IMG/VR virus record: IMGVR_UViG_3300032320_001837
Span: 1-57,777 of that record
Reading direction: 5' to 3' (one strand)
Length of the DNA: 57,777 nt
Origin: a virus
Lineage: Duplodnaviria; Caudoviricetes
Below the pieces are notes generated by a model that saw nothing but the letters and a program-made list of their open reading frames with translations, was not told the DNA's origin and did not search any database. Below are positions 49,340 through 57,777 of the stretch, piece by piece. Position numbers and translations under genes: made by a program. Numbering within the stretch: position 1 is the first letter of the stretch; each line of letters starts with the position of its first letter.

Positions 49340-49921
49340 TTATGTTTCGGATACGCTTACTAAAAACCCACCATGTTCTTCATCACTAATTTTATAGGGA
49401 TAACCAATTAATCTTAACTTTTTTCCATCTAAAGTGCGTGTTACTTTATTAAACCTTCTATTCATTTCTATGCAAGATTTAAATTCTTGCAACACACTAT
49501 TTCTATCTTCTTCATTTACTATATTTATCCAATCGTATCCCTCTAAGAATAGATTATTGTCACCTATAAACTTATGAAGATGCATATTATTCCATATTAA
49601 TCTTCCTTCGTGATCTGTTTCAAACAATGCCATTTCATTATAGTGCATATAAGCTCTTGTTCTTTGCTCTATAATTCTCTGTCTGTTATCTATTACTTTA
49701 CATATTTTTTTGAGTTCGATAATAGAATCTTTTAGACTATTACCACCATTGGTCATTAATTCTTTACGTAATTCTTTGACTGACTCAGTAAAAAGATCTT
49801 GATTTTTGACCAATTTTAGTACAGGTCTAAGAAATTTTATCCATAGCAGACTACCAAGTGTGAATAATCCACCGATTATAGTTAAAAAAATAGTTATATA
49901 TTCTGGATCAAAATTGAGCAT
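49340..49921 (-). CDS. Membrane-anchored PAS-domain protein without output domain
   Basis: N-terminal TM, coiled coil, then ALFETDHEGRLIWNN...LEGYDWINIVNEEDR PAS signature; protein ends after the PAC strands. Confidence 0.7.
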   Translation of the reverse strand: MLNFDPEYITIFLTIIGGLFTLGSLLWIKFLRPVLKLVKNQDLFTESVKELRKELMTNGGNSLKDSIIELKKICKVIDNRQRIIEQRTRAYMHYNEMALFETDHEGRLIWNNMHLHKFIGDNNLFLEGYDWINIVNEEDRNSVLQEFKSCIEMNRRFNKVTRTLDGKKLRLIGYPYKISDEEHGGFLVSVSET

Positions 49922-49940
49922 ATAGTACTCCTAAGTATCT

Positions 49941-49960
49941 TAGCCCCCCGTAGGGGGCTA
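49941..49960. terminator. GC-rich intergenic hairpin
   Basis: TAGCCCCC-CGTA-GGGGGCTA; C(UACG)G tetraloop on the - strand; weak U-tract. Confidence 0.55.
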
Positions 49961-49974
49961 GGATTTATAAGATA

Positions 49975-50616
49975 TTAAGCTTCGTAAGAATCTTGGGCTT
50001 TGTAAGTTGTACTAAATGGCTTTGCTAAACCACCAAAATGATAAGTTAATTCACCGGGAACTGCTCTAGTTGGACTTGCAGCGTCATCCGTAGCTGCTGT
50101 AGAACCATTCTTTTGAACAAACGTTGAACTAACACCAGCATTTGCTCCGCGTGTTCTTCCCGGCACAATTCCACTGGAAGGTGGTGCCAAGAGATCAAAC
50201 TTAGTAGTTGCATATTCACCAACTCTCATTGTCTTAACGGTCTTATGTATATTATCACGACTTACTCCAGCATAATGTGAGCCTGGAATATTTAATAGAT
50301 TACTGTCTACATTATTAATCTTTGAAGATGCTTCGCCAGCAGTCTTCAGTAGAAAATTTCTTTCGCCAGTTCTTGCGTTTGGAAAATAAGCGAATGTACC
50401 ACTTGTTTTTGCCTTTGTTACGCCAGCTGGATCTGAATATCCATCACTTACAGCGTTATTCTGTAATACTTTGGAACCATAGTCATTTGATTGAGTTAGT
50501 TCATTTAGGTTAACATTTTTTGTAATGGGTGTACCAGCTTCTACTGTGCCACCATTCACAACTGTGCCACCATTGTTTTTGACTGCGTTTGCGGACTTTG
50601 CCTTTGTTGTAGCCAT
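49975..50616 (-). CDS. Hypothetical G/T/N/A-rich protein, possible virion protein
   Basis: GGAG RBS; upstream AT-rich leader with GTGTATTAAATA. Confidence 0.55.
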   Translation of the reverse strand: MATTKAKSANAVKNNGGTVVNGGTVEAGTPITKNVNLNELTQSNDYGSKVLQNNAVSDGYSDPAGVTKAKTSGTFAYFPNARTGERNFLLKTAGEASSKINNVDSNLLNIPGSHYAGVSRDNIHKTVKTMRVGEYATTKFDLLAPPSSGIVPGRTRGANAGVSSTFVQKNGSTAATDDAASPTRAVPGELTYHFGGLAKPFSTTYKAQDSYEA

Positions 50617-50691
50617 ATTATTTCTCCATTATTCAAATATAGTTTATTCCTTATTTTCCTTGCAAAATCCAAACTCCTAATATTTAATACA

Positions 50692-51165
50692 CTATCCTGC
50701 TAGTTTTTCTATTATCTTATTTATCTTTTTTCTTATCTTCTCCCTATTGGTATTCTTAGATAGTGCTATTTCATTGATGGTCATTCTTGATATAAATCTA
50801 TCTACTAATAGGTGGAAATCTTCTTCATTTCCTAGTTCGTCTTTGAGTTCTAATATCTCTTGATTAAAGTAACTTTGGGGTATATTTTCATGCAGCTTTC
50901 CAGCAAACTTCTTGCCCTTATTATATATCTTGATCTCTTTCATACATTCTATAAATACCCCCTTGTATAAGAATGTAGTAAACTTCACGTTCTTAGACTC
51001 ATCGAAGGATTGCATGGCTTTCCACAGTGCTGTAAGTTGGCATGAATAGATAATATCTTTATCTAATTGATTACTAAATCTCTGAGAAGACTTGTTCATA
51101 ATCCTTACGTAATCCTTGTTTTTAGCAGCTTTTTCAAAATCTATATTTTCAACAGTTTTTTTCAT
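50692..51165 (-). CDS. Phage sigma-70-family factor (regions 2 and 4 only)
   Basis: ALWKAMQSFDESKNVKFTTFLY region 2; MTINEIA...REKIRKKI region 4 HTH. Confidence 0.8.
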   Translation of the reverse strand: MKKTVENIDFEKAAKNKDYVRIMNKSSQRFSNQLDKDIIYSCQLTALWKAMQSFDESKNVKFTTFLYKGVFIECMKEIKIYNKGKKFAGKLHENIPQSYFNQEILELKDELGNEEDFHLLVDRFISRMTINEIALSKNTNREKIRKKINKIIEKLAG

Positions 51166-51166
51166 T

Positions 51167-51574
51167 TTATTCCTCTATGAGTGTTTTTTCAATATTCTTT
51201 CTGACTTCTTTGAAATTAAACATGTGACCTATACCTATTAAAAACCTATATCTACTATAGATTTTTAGAAGTTCAATACCATCAATCTTATTGAGTTTAT
51301 CCTTTATTGAATTAGTAATATCAAAGTTTGTGTGACCAATCCAACAATCGAAAGTGCTTATGACTTGTATATCATTAATAAGCTGTGGGGAAATTGGCAT
51401 CATAATATTTTGATTCGACTCATCTATTTCTTCACTCTCTACATCTTCATCTTCATTTTCATCATCTATAAATCTATTAGACATTAGTTTCATCATAATG
51501 TTTTGTAAGAATGGAGAAGAAACTTGTTTATCTAAGTGGTCTTCATATTTTTGCCACCCAATGTTTTTTTTCAT
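51167..51574 (-). CDS. Hypothetical protein with acidic tract
   Basis: GGAG RBS; tiling ORF. Confidence 0.6.
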   Translation of the reverse strand: MKKNIGWQKYEDHLDKQVSSPFLQNIMMKLMSNRFIDDENEDEDVESEEIDESNQNIMMPISPQLINDIQVISTFDCWIGHTNFDITNSIKDKLNKIDGIELLKIYSRYRFLIGIGHMFNFKEVRKNIEKTLIEE

Positions 51575-51584
51575 AAGGACTCCT

Positions 51585-51968
51585 TTATTTCATCATATCC
51601 GAAGGTTTTATACAAGGTTCGTCCTTTAGTTTGTCCTTTGCATACCTTTCTAGCTTTGACTGCTTTTGTTGGCTAATGTGACTAAGAATTCTAATTAATT
51701 TCTCTTCTTCACCATCTTTGAGCATAGCATTTTTAATAATATCTATTACTTGTAGATAGCAGTTTTCTCCATTCAATACATCTAGTAGTTTACATAAAGA
51801 ATTTAATGTATTTTCATCATATTCTTCTAGAACAATATCAACAAAAGGCACAGAATCTTTATCTACATAAAATGTAATAGCAACTATGCCACTTTCCTCT
51901 TTTGCTACAGTCTCTATTTTTTCTTGCTCAGTTTTTTTGAGCCATTTATCTATGAATTCTTTAAACAT
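51585..51968 (-). CDS. Hypothetical protein
   Basis: Tiling ORF overlapping the upstream stop. Confidence 0.6.
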   Translation of the reverse strand: MFKEFIDKWLKKTEQEKIETVAKEESGIVAITFYVDKDSVPFVDIVLEEYDENTLNSLCKLLDVLNGENCYLQVIDIIKNAMLKDGEEEKLIRILSHISQQKQSKLERYAKDKLKDEPCIKPSDMMK

Positions 51969-53022
51969 ATTTTTCTATCTTTTCAACAGAGTTATTCCAC
52001 GTAAATTCATTCGATGTATCTATTCCAGCAATATTTACACCCAATGAGCCATTTTGTTTTTGGTTATGAATATTTCTCATGTGATATACGCATTGTTCTA
52101 TTTGATCATCACCTATATTAGCCCAATTACCTTGATTAAAAAACCACTTATTATCAAAGGCTTTTTCTAGTGACATTATATTGATAAGTAAACTATTAGC
52201 ATTATTACAGAATTCTGTGTGTGCTGAATAATTTGTAGCTATCACATGTTTTCCACAAGCCATTACCTCCAATACTTCTAAATTCCAGCCTTCTGCCCTA
52301 GATGGAAAAACGCCACAATCAATTTGAGATATAGTATTATACACTTCTTGTTGAGTATTCTTTTTTGGTATAAACCTTATCTTACTACCCAGCTTTGTAT
52401 TTATATACTTTCTTTGCCACTCTTTCGTCTCTTCGTCTGATAGAAATGGGTTGCTATTCATCATCCATAGCTCTACATTATCATTTACTTCAAAGGCTTT
52501 ATTAAAAATTGCTGGAAGTACGTCGTGTCCTTTTCTTATTTCCCACTTCCCGCAATTAAAAAATACAGTTTTTGGATTATTGTTAGGTTCACATGGTTTG
52601 AAAATATTTTGATCTACTCCAAGTGGAACTACATGTATTTCTTTATTTATATTGTTATTAAGTAAAACATCTTTTGCCCACTTTGAGCAAACGAATATTT
52701 TATCTGGATAAGAAAGGTGATGCCTTTCTAAAGGATCAAGAGTATCAAGTTCAAATATTGGAAATCCTATATGGCTACCGCGACCAACAAATTGGGCCAT
52801 ATCGTTTTGATGCCATATCCTAATGCAAGGGGCGTTATAATCGAAAAATTTACTGTTTTTTATACATTCAGAGATTATGTCAGCGTCTTCTTGATTGGTG
52901 ACTTGCGGTTGCCCTATGACAAACAATGACACTTTATTATTTTTATGTAGTGACTTTGTAATATTGAGAGCAGTAATGCCATAACCAAGTTGATTTATGG
53001 GGCCAATAATATTGAAGTTCAT
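51961..53022 (-). CDS. Glycosyltransferase family 4 (GT-B)
   Basis: GYG, VPLGVD, RKGHD, PSRAEGWNLEVLEVMACG. Confidence 0.9.
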   Translation of the reverse strand: MNFNIIGPINQLGYGITALNITKSLHKNNKVSLFVIGQPQVTNQEDADIISECIKNSKFFDYNAPCIRIWHQNDMAQFVGRGSHIGFPIFELDTLDPLERHHLSYPDKIFVCSKWAKDVLLNNNINKEIHVVPLGVDQNIFKPCEPNNNPKTVFFNCGKWEIRKGHDVLPAIFNKAFEVNDNVELWMMNSNPFLSDEETKEWQRKYINTKLGSKIRFIPKKNTQQEVYNTISQIDCGVFPSRAEGWNLEVLEVMACGKHVIATNYSAHTEFCNNANSLLINIMSLEKAFDNKWFFNQGNWANIGDDQIEQCVYHMRNIHNQKQNGSLGVNIAGIDTSNEFTWNNSVEKIEKYV

Positions 53023-53576
53023 AGTTTACCTATTATATATTGTTTAAAAAAGAACCATCTATTAAGATTAGAAGTGTCTTGTATAGTGTCTATATGCTTA
53101 AGATAGTTTAGTAATTCTTCCATTGTGCCAAAGATGTGTTCGTGTGGCAACATAAAAAACAACCAGTTTGGAGCATGTTTTTTACCTTGTTCACACCAAA
53201 TTAAAACTGGCTTTTTTTGCCTGTTTGCAGTAACAATTTCTTCATATGTTCCACAGGCATGAATAGAGATATCAATGTGGCAGACTATGAAATCTGATAT
53301 ATCCACACACCGTAGATCTGCATTTCTAATATTTCCATATGTTTGTCTTATTGTGTCATATTGTTCTAAGTTTTTGAGATTATCAATATTCTTGCGAGTC
53401 TCTTCGTCTTCTATTACTGAATAAATTGGTTTACTACAAGGGTTAATAACATTTACATTCATTTTCTCAAGAAGTGGAGTTATCTTCTCTCTCCACTGTA
53501 TACCACCGTCTGGCACTCTATCCATAGCACCAACCAGATATGTTCTCATTCCTTGCAGATTATTTATCAAATCCAT
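53019..53576 (-). CDS. Nucleoside 2-deoxyribosyltransferase / nucleotide N-glycosidase-like protein
   Basis: YLVGAM..WR...NP...DLRCVDISDFIV...GTYEEI...KKPV NDT-superfamily pattern. Confidence 0.75.
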   Translation of the reverse strand: MDLINNLQGMRTYLVGAMDRVPDGGIQWREKITPLLEKMNVNVINPCSKPIYSVIEDEETRKNIDNLKNLEQYDTIRQTYGNIRNADLRCVDISDFIVCHIDISIHACGTYEEIVTANRQKKPVLIWCEQGKKHAPNWLFFMLPHEHIFGTMEELLNYLKHIDTIQDTSNLNRWFFFKQYIIGKL

Positions 53577-53970
53577 TATCTATACTCCACCATACTTTGT
53601 TAATACCTAAAGACTTAATTATCTCATCGCATCTTTCACACGGCTTGCTACATCGTAAAGCCCCACGCTTATTTAATCTAACTATAACTAATTTGATTGT
53701 GTTGTCTATATAGTATCTTCCCCAAAGTTTAGAAATAACATCCGTTTCTGCGTGAAGGTATGGGTAGTCTGTTGCTTCGTTTAAAAATCTTTTAGAAAGC
53801 ATCAATGCTTGAGTATGGGTCTTCTCAGGATTATTTTGTCCTATTCCCAATAACTTGTTTTTCTTATAGGCGAATGCAAAGTGAAAAAACTTGTTTTTAG
53901 TATTTCTTGACTCTTTAGCTTTTGGGAGCAAATCTAATGCAATATTATATGATTGTTCAATTATATTCAT
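53560..53970 (-). CDS. Zinc-dependent cytidine-deaminase-superfamily protein (divergent)
   Basis: HAE and SKPCERC motifs, G.N strand. Confidence 0.8.
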   Translation of the reverse strand: MNIIEQSYNIALDLLPKAKESRNTKNKFFHFAFAYKKNKLLGIGQNNPEKTHTQALMLSKRFLNEATDYPYLHAETDVISKLWGRYYIDNTIKLVIVRLNKRGALRCSKPCERCDEIIKSLGINKVWWSIDNGFDK

Positions 53971-54437
53971 TTTTTAGGTACTATTAGTGCAATTTGTAGA
54001 AATTCTTGTACAGTTTTAATGTCAACCTTATTGAAAGTAGAGTTTACTACATATGTAGCTTCTTTCTTCTTCATACCAAGAGCAATTAGAGAATCGTAGC
54101 AATCTTGCTGTAAAGCGTTGTAGCCTATTGCGACCTTTTTTGCTACTTTTTTTACTTGCTCTATTTCTTTCTCCTGCTTTATGGGCTTGACGGGCTTGGG
54201 AGTCCTTATGGGATGGTGCGACTCTTTATGCTTGTGTTTCTTTGGTTGGACAGTTTGGCAAGGATGACTTACAGTATTTTGTTGTTGACTGTTATCATAA
54301 ATATATCCTAATTCATATACATCACTAAAACCTTTAACATTTGGGTTCTGACTATATTTAACAAAATTGTATAATGTGTACAAAATAAAAACAGAAGCTA
54401 GGAATTGAGTCAATCCCTCAAATGGTTGTTGGTGCAT
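53967..54437 (-). CDS. Membrane protein with RuvA C-terminal-like helical domain
   Basis: N-terminal TM; DCYDSLIALGMKKKEA...VQEFLQIAL; GAGGA RBS before ATG 54437. Confidence 0.5.
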   Translation of the reverse strand: MHQQPFEGLTQFLASVFILYTLYNFVKYSQNPNVKGFSDVYELGYIYDNSQQQNTVSHPCQTVQPKKHKHKESHHPIRTPKPVKPIKQEKEIEQVKKVAKKVAIGYNALQQDCYDSLIALGMKKKEATYVVNSTFNKVDIKTVQEFLQIALIVPKK

Positions 54438-54456
54438 AAAAAGTATCCTCGCTTGC

Positions 54457-54484
54457 ATTATACCAGAGTATCGTCATTTGTCAA
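54457..54484 (-). promoter_or_regulatory. Consensus sigma-70 promoter
   Basis: TTGACA-16 nt-TATAAT with extended -10 TGn, intergenic. Confidence 0.8.
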
Positions 54485-54503
54485 GCATCGCCTTTAAACA
54501 AAA

Positions 54504-54537
54504 CAATCCACCCCCACCGATTGATAGGGATGGATTG
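54504..54537 (-). terminator. Probable terminator after ssb
   Basis: CAATCCA...TGGATTG inverted repeat with inner CCC/GGG; followed by TTTTGTTT on the - strand. Confidence 0.6.
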
Positions 54538-54556
54538 CGTTGCTAAACTAAAACAA

Positions 54557-54904
54557 TCATTCTTCTACGGAACTATCTTCGCTAGTAACTGTTGAATTAT
54601 TAGCTGGACCAAGAGAAATATCATCTGCCATTACGCAGACAGAATTTCTAGGATTACCATTCTTATCTTGATAATCCTCTACCTTGATCTTACCTTGAAC
54701 GCCAACCAATCTACCCTTAGTCAGATGAGTCTTTAAAGATTCAGCCATCTTACCAAAACATAGGACGTTTAGATATAGAGTTTCATCGTTTCTACGATCA
54801 TTAACAGCCATTCTAAACTTTGCCATAGATGTACCCTTTTGGGTAACATTAAAATCGGCATCCTTAGTTAATCTTCCACAACCAAGCCAAGTATTAATAT
54901 TCAT
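54557..54904 (-). CDS. ssb: Single-stranded DNA-binding protein
   Basis: GRLTKD, FRMAVN, FGKMAE, KGRLVGVQG; acidic tail. Confidence 0.9.
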   Translation of the reverse strand: MNINTWLGCGRLTKDADFNVTQKGTSMAKFRMAVNDRRNDETLYLNVLCFGKMAESLKTHLTKGRLVGVQGKIKVEDYQDKNGNPRNSVCVMADDISLGPANNSTVTSEDSSVEE

Positions 54905-55221
54905 CAGACCTCCAATGTAGAGCGAATACGACCTCTAACTACTTGAATATTACCATGATTAAAACTGCCAAGAGTGGCACTGTAAATTGAACGAGCTTCA
55001 TGACGCGACAAACCTAGGAAGCTAGCTGCAAACTCAGTACCCTCTCTTGTGTTGTCAAATAATCCAAAACCAGACTTGTGAGCAAGAGCGGTGATTGGAT
55101 TAAGTGTAAAACCGCGTAGTGGGCCACTTTGAATTGTGGCTAATACCTTCTTGTTATTGACTGACCACTTGTATGATCCAGCAATATTATAAAGACGATC
55201 CAAAAAATCTGATGTGTTCAT
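54904..55221 (-). CDS. Hypothetical protein
   Basis: AGGAG RBS before MNTSDF at 55221. Confidence 0.6.
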   Translation of the reverse strand: MNTSDFLDRLYNIAGSYKWSVNNKKVLATIQSGPLRGFTLNPITALAHKSGFGLFDNTREGTEFAASFLGLSRHEARSIYSATLGSFNHGNIQVVRGRIRSTLEV

Positions 55222-55257
55222 ATCTATCTCCTTTTGCTTTTTAAAATTATTCACTTA

Positions 55258-55425
55258 CTACATTACCTTACTAATCATTTCATTAGAAAGTTCTGATTGA
55301 CAGTCTTTCAAATAATTACTGAGTTTTACAATTTCTGTTTCTATCATATTTTTTTGTGCCTGTAGTTCAATGATTTTCTGTTTTACATTTTCTACATGAG
55401 CTTCTGCCATAGCTAATATTGACAT
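55258..55425 (-). CDS. Small coiled-coil protein (55 aa), missing from the ORF track
   Basis: Hand translation MSILAMAEAHVENVKQKIIELQAQKNMIETEIVKLSNYLKDCQSELSNEMISKVM; AAGGA upstream. Confidence 0.6.
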   Translation of the reverse strand: MSILAMAEAHVENVKQKIIELQAQKNMIETEIVKLSNYLKDCQSELSNEMISKVM

Positions 55426-55434
55426 TTTTTTTCC

Positions 55435-55638
55435 TTATGAATATGTTAAATAGTCTAATACTTCTTCGTGCGTCCAATTTCTATTATACGCTCCATCGGT
55501 CGATAATTCTGCTAATTCAATATAATCATGTTCTAATTTGAATATTAGTTCGGCTAATATAACATCATTATGACTAACAAAACAATCATTAACTAATTTT
55601 CGTATCGACTCAAGCCTTACCTCTTTATTATACTCCAT
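55435..55638 (-). CDS. Hypothetical protein
   Basis: Tiling ORF; probable start MEYNK after GGAG. Confidence 0.55.
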   Translation of the reverse strand: MEYNKEVRLESIRKLVNDCFVSHNDVILAELIFKLEHDYIELAELSTDGAYNRNWTHEEVLDYLTYS

Positions 55639-56062
55639 CGTAGTACTCCATGACAATGTTGGCTTCTTTGAAAAGATGTCTAGTTATTTTAAAATCTTCT
55701 TCCCACCTGTCAATAGTATTTACTAAAGAAACAACTCTCTTAATACCAGATTGAATTATTAGCCCAGCACATCTTGGGCATGGCTCAAACGGTATAGTAT
55801 ATAAAGTACAACCTTTTAATGATCTATTAGCGAATAATATAGCATTTATCTCACCATGCACTATTATTTTGTATTTTGTGTCTCTATCATTTAACCGTTC
55901 ATCATCTTCTATTTTCTGAGGAAATCCATTATATCCTACAGAAACTATACGATTATCTTCATCAACAATAACAGCCCCTACTTGAGTGGACGGGTCTTTT
56001 GACCATGATCCTACTAGTTTGGCTAAAACTAAAAACCTATGATCCCAACTTTGAATACTCAT
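55628..56062 (-). CDS. dCMP deaminase
   Basis: SKDPSTQVGAVIV, GYNGFP, HGEINA, PCPRCA. Confidence 0.9.
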   Translation of the reverse strand: MSIQSWDHRFLVLAKLVGSWSKDPSTQVGAVIVDEDNRIVSVGYNGFPQKIEDDERLNDRDTKYKIIVHGEINAILFANRSLKGCTLYTIPFEPCPRCAGLIIQSGIKRVVSLVNTIDRWEEDFKITRHLFKEANIVMEYYDGV

Positions 56063-56195
56063 ACCATAATAATCCTAAATTGGCAAAAACATATCCAGCC
56101 CACATTACACCATGCGGATGATCCTTTTGGGCGAAACAACTAATACATGTGAATAAATAGCACATTGTTGATATTATTATTGCAGATATAGCCAC
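56037..56195 (-). CDS. Small two-helix membrane protein (52 aa), missing from the ORF track
   Basis: GTG directly after the guaC stop; MAISAIIISTMCYLFTCISCFAQKDHPHGVMWAGYVFANLGLLWYEYSKLGS. Confidence 0.55.
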   Translation of the reverse strand: MAISAIIISTMCYLFTCISCFAQKDHPHGVMWAGYVFANLGLLWYEYSKLGS

Positions 56196-57353
56196 TTAAA
56201 CGCCTAAAGTTGGATTCTTATTATTGTGTAATGTATTAACTATGCAAAATTCTGCACACCTTGGCATATTCTTAATAGAATCTGATCCTATGTAGCAGCA
56301 GCATGATCTTATGCCACCTAAAAGTTCTTGAATAACTTGTTTTAGTTCTCCTTTATATTTTACCACAATTTTAGTACCTTCGCTTGCTCTGTAATTTTTG
56401 ATATTTTTTTCGTATGTATCTTGAGCTACGTGGGTACTCATACCATAATATGTGAATTTTACTTTTCTTTTATCTGTGTCATATCCTGGGTCTATTGGTT
56501 GCCACCAATCAAATGTTTCCTTGTAATTATCTATATCTTTTGTAATTTTCATTCTAGATTTATACTCGTACTCCCATTCACCTTCACATTCTTCTGTTCC
56601 AGCAAAGTATCCACCTAGCATTACAAAGTCTGCACCAGCACAAAGAGCTTTTGCTACATCTCCAGAGTTTTTATGCCCACCGTCAGAACATACGAGGCCC
56701 AGTTTTTTAATTCCACTCTGTAGCCCATGAGCAACGTATGAATTTTCTAAACAGGCAGACAATTGAGGTATGCCGCATCCAGTGACGAATCTTGTGCTAC
56801 ACGCAGACCCTCCACCGATACCAACTTTTACAATATCAACCCCTCCATAGATCAATAACTCTTGTGTTGATGATAGATTAGTAACATTGCCCGCTATTAT
56901 AATTGATTCTGGAAAATTATCTCTTACCTTCTTGCAATATTTAACAAATACATCCATATGCCCATTAGGAACATCTATACATATATTTGGTTGCTTACCA
57001 AGCTTTTCCTTTATCTCTAACAGATGATTGATTTCACTGTTTTTATAACCAATGGATACAAAAGTATAATCTAAATTGTCTGGACATTGCTGAAAATATT
57101 TTACAATATCATCAACTTTATGATACTTGTGTAGACATGCTATCATTTTATATCGTGCCAAAGTTTTTGCAATATTAAAACTACAAAAACTCATATTGGC
57201 ACAAATAATTGGTATTCCTGTCCAAAATTTAGGACTGTGATAAAATTGAAGAGTTTTTTCAAGTTGAATTTCTGATCGACTAGTTAAAGTAGACCTTTGT
57301 GGCACTATCAAAACATCATCAAAGTCTAGCTTTGTTTCTTGTATAATTTTCAT
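56196..57353 (-). CDS. guaC: GMP reductase
   Basis: LDFDDVLIVP.RSTL.SR, DVPNG, AGNV, VKVGIGGGSACSTR, SDGG, YGMST, YRASEG; no CBS domains. Confidence 0.88.
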   Translation of the reverse strand: MKIIQETKLDFDDVLIVPQRSTLTSRSEIQLEKTLQFYHSPKFWTGIPIICANMSFCSFNIAKTLARYKMIACLHKYHKVDDIVKYFQQCPDNLDYTFVSIGYKNSEINHLLEIKEKLGKQPNICIDVPNGHMDVFVKYCKKVRDNFPESIIIAGNVTNLSSTQELLIYGGVDIVKVGIGGGSACSTRFVTGCGIPQLSACLENSYVAHGLQSGIKKLGLVCSDGGHKNSGDVAKALCAGADFVMLGGYFAGTEECEGEWEYEYKSRMKITKDIDNYKETFDWWQPIDPGYDTDKRKVKFTYYGMSTHVAQDTYEKNIKNYRASEGTKIVVKYKGELKQVIQELLGGIRSCCCYIGSDSIKNMPRCAEFCIVNTLHNNKNPTLGV

Positions 57354-57377
57354 GTAATCTCCATAATATATGAGCAA

Positions 57378-57395
57378 TGGGGTATTTCTACCCCA
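57378..57395 (-). terminator. Intergenic hairpin
   Basis: TGGGGTA-GAAA-TACCCCA on the - strand; no strong U-tract. Confidence 0.45.
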
Positions 57396-57410
57396 CTACC
57401 CATTAATCAA

Positions 57411-57776
57411 TCAGACGTTTACTAGTTCTCTCTTCTTAAGAACTTTATTTACACGCTCAAGTTTTGCTGTTACTTCAACAACCCACTCACGATTACGCTT
57501 CTTGAGATTTTCATGTGTGATATCATCTTTAGTCATATGAACCACAGTCTTGAACAAATCTTCAAATTCACTAACAACCTCGTATCGGCAACAACGAAGC
57601 TTTTGGAATCGATGGTCGCTTGGAACACTTACAACGTCGCGTGGATTTACCTTGCAAATCATAAGCTTATTACCACTACCACCTTCATCATCATCAAGAT
57701 CAATTCCACCATAGGACTTAGCATAATCAAATGCTCCAACGTGCAAACCTTTTCCGCAACCGTTATTACGATTACT
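57411..57776 (-). CDS. rIIB-like protein, C-terminal part (runs off the right edge)
   Basis: Frame open to the edge: CGKGLHVG...KVNPRDVVSVP.D...KLRCCRYEV matches the T4 rIIB-type C-terminal motif. Confidence 0.75.
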   Translation of the reverse strand, partial: SNRNNGCGKGLHVGAFDYAKSYGGIDLDDDEGGSGNKLMICKVNPRDVVSVPSDHRFQKLRCCRYEVVSEFEDLFKTVVHMTKDDITHENLKKRNREWVVEVTAKLERVNKVLKKRELVNV

Positions 57777-57777
57777 A

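Noticed and set aside
11431-56618. Numerous short + strand ORFs opposite the - strand genes
   Set aside because: Antisense shadows of well-supported genes with no independent signals
1-57777. Stop-codon reassignment, tRNA genes or CRISPR arrays
   Set aside because: Genes tile densely in the standard code with TAA, TAG and TGA all used as stops; intergenic gaps are short and show no cloverleaf or spaced repeats by eye

Overview
AT-rich, gene-dense segment of a large tailed dsDNA bacteriophage genome (inferred from gene content; no rRNA, tRNA, CRISPR array or integrase seen). Bases 1-10006 are a + strand block of large, probably virion-structural genes ending at a convergent hairpin. The rest is on the - strand: an approx. 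10 kb glycosyltransferase cluster, a DNA polymerase III alpha (DnaE) broken into three genes, a replication/recombination block (Cas4/RecB-like nuclease, dNMP kinase, primase, DnaB, RecA), nucleotide metabolism genes (PhoH, dUTPase, class Ia RNR, dCMP deaminase, GMP reductase), a membrane/lysis-like module, a phage sigma factor and a truncated rIIB-like gene. Most notable: (1) the first DnaE break is bridged by a split intein with a free-standing endonuclease between the halves, while the second break has no intein and holds a DnaQ exonuclease, a methyltransferase and an EndoVII-like gene; (2) a papain-like peptidase has a LAGLIDADG intein inserted directly before its catalytic Cys and sits next to a holin-like gene and a membrane-anchored stand-alone PAS protein; (3) two endonuclease genes have RBS-sequestering hairpins with a recurring TGTATAA promoter-like motif in the loop; (4) the glycosylation cluster includes apparent pseudo-enzymes. 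All family calls come from motifs read by eye; no database searches were run.
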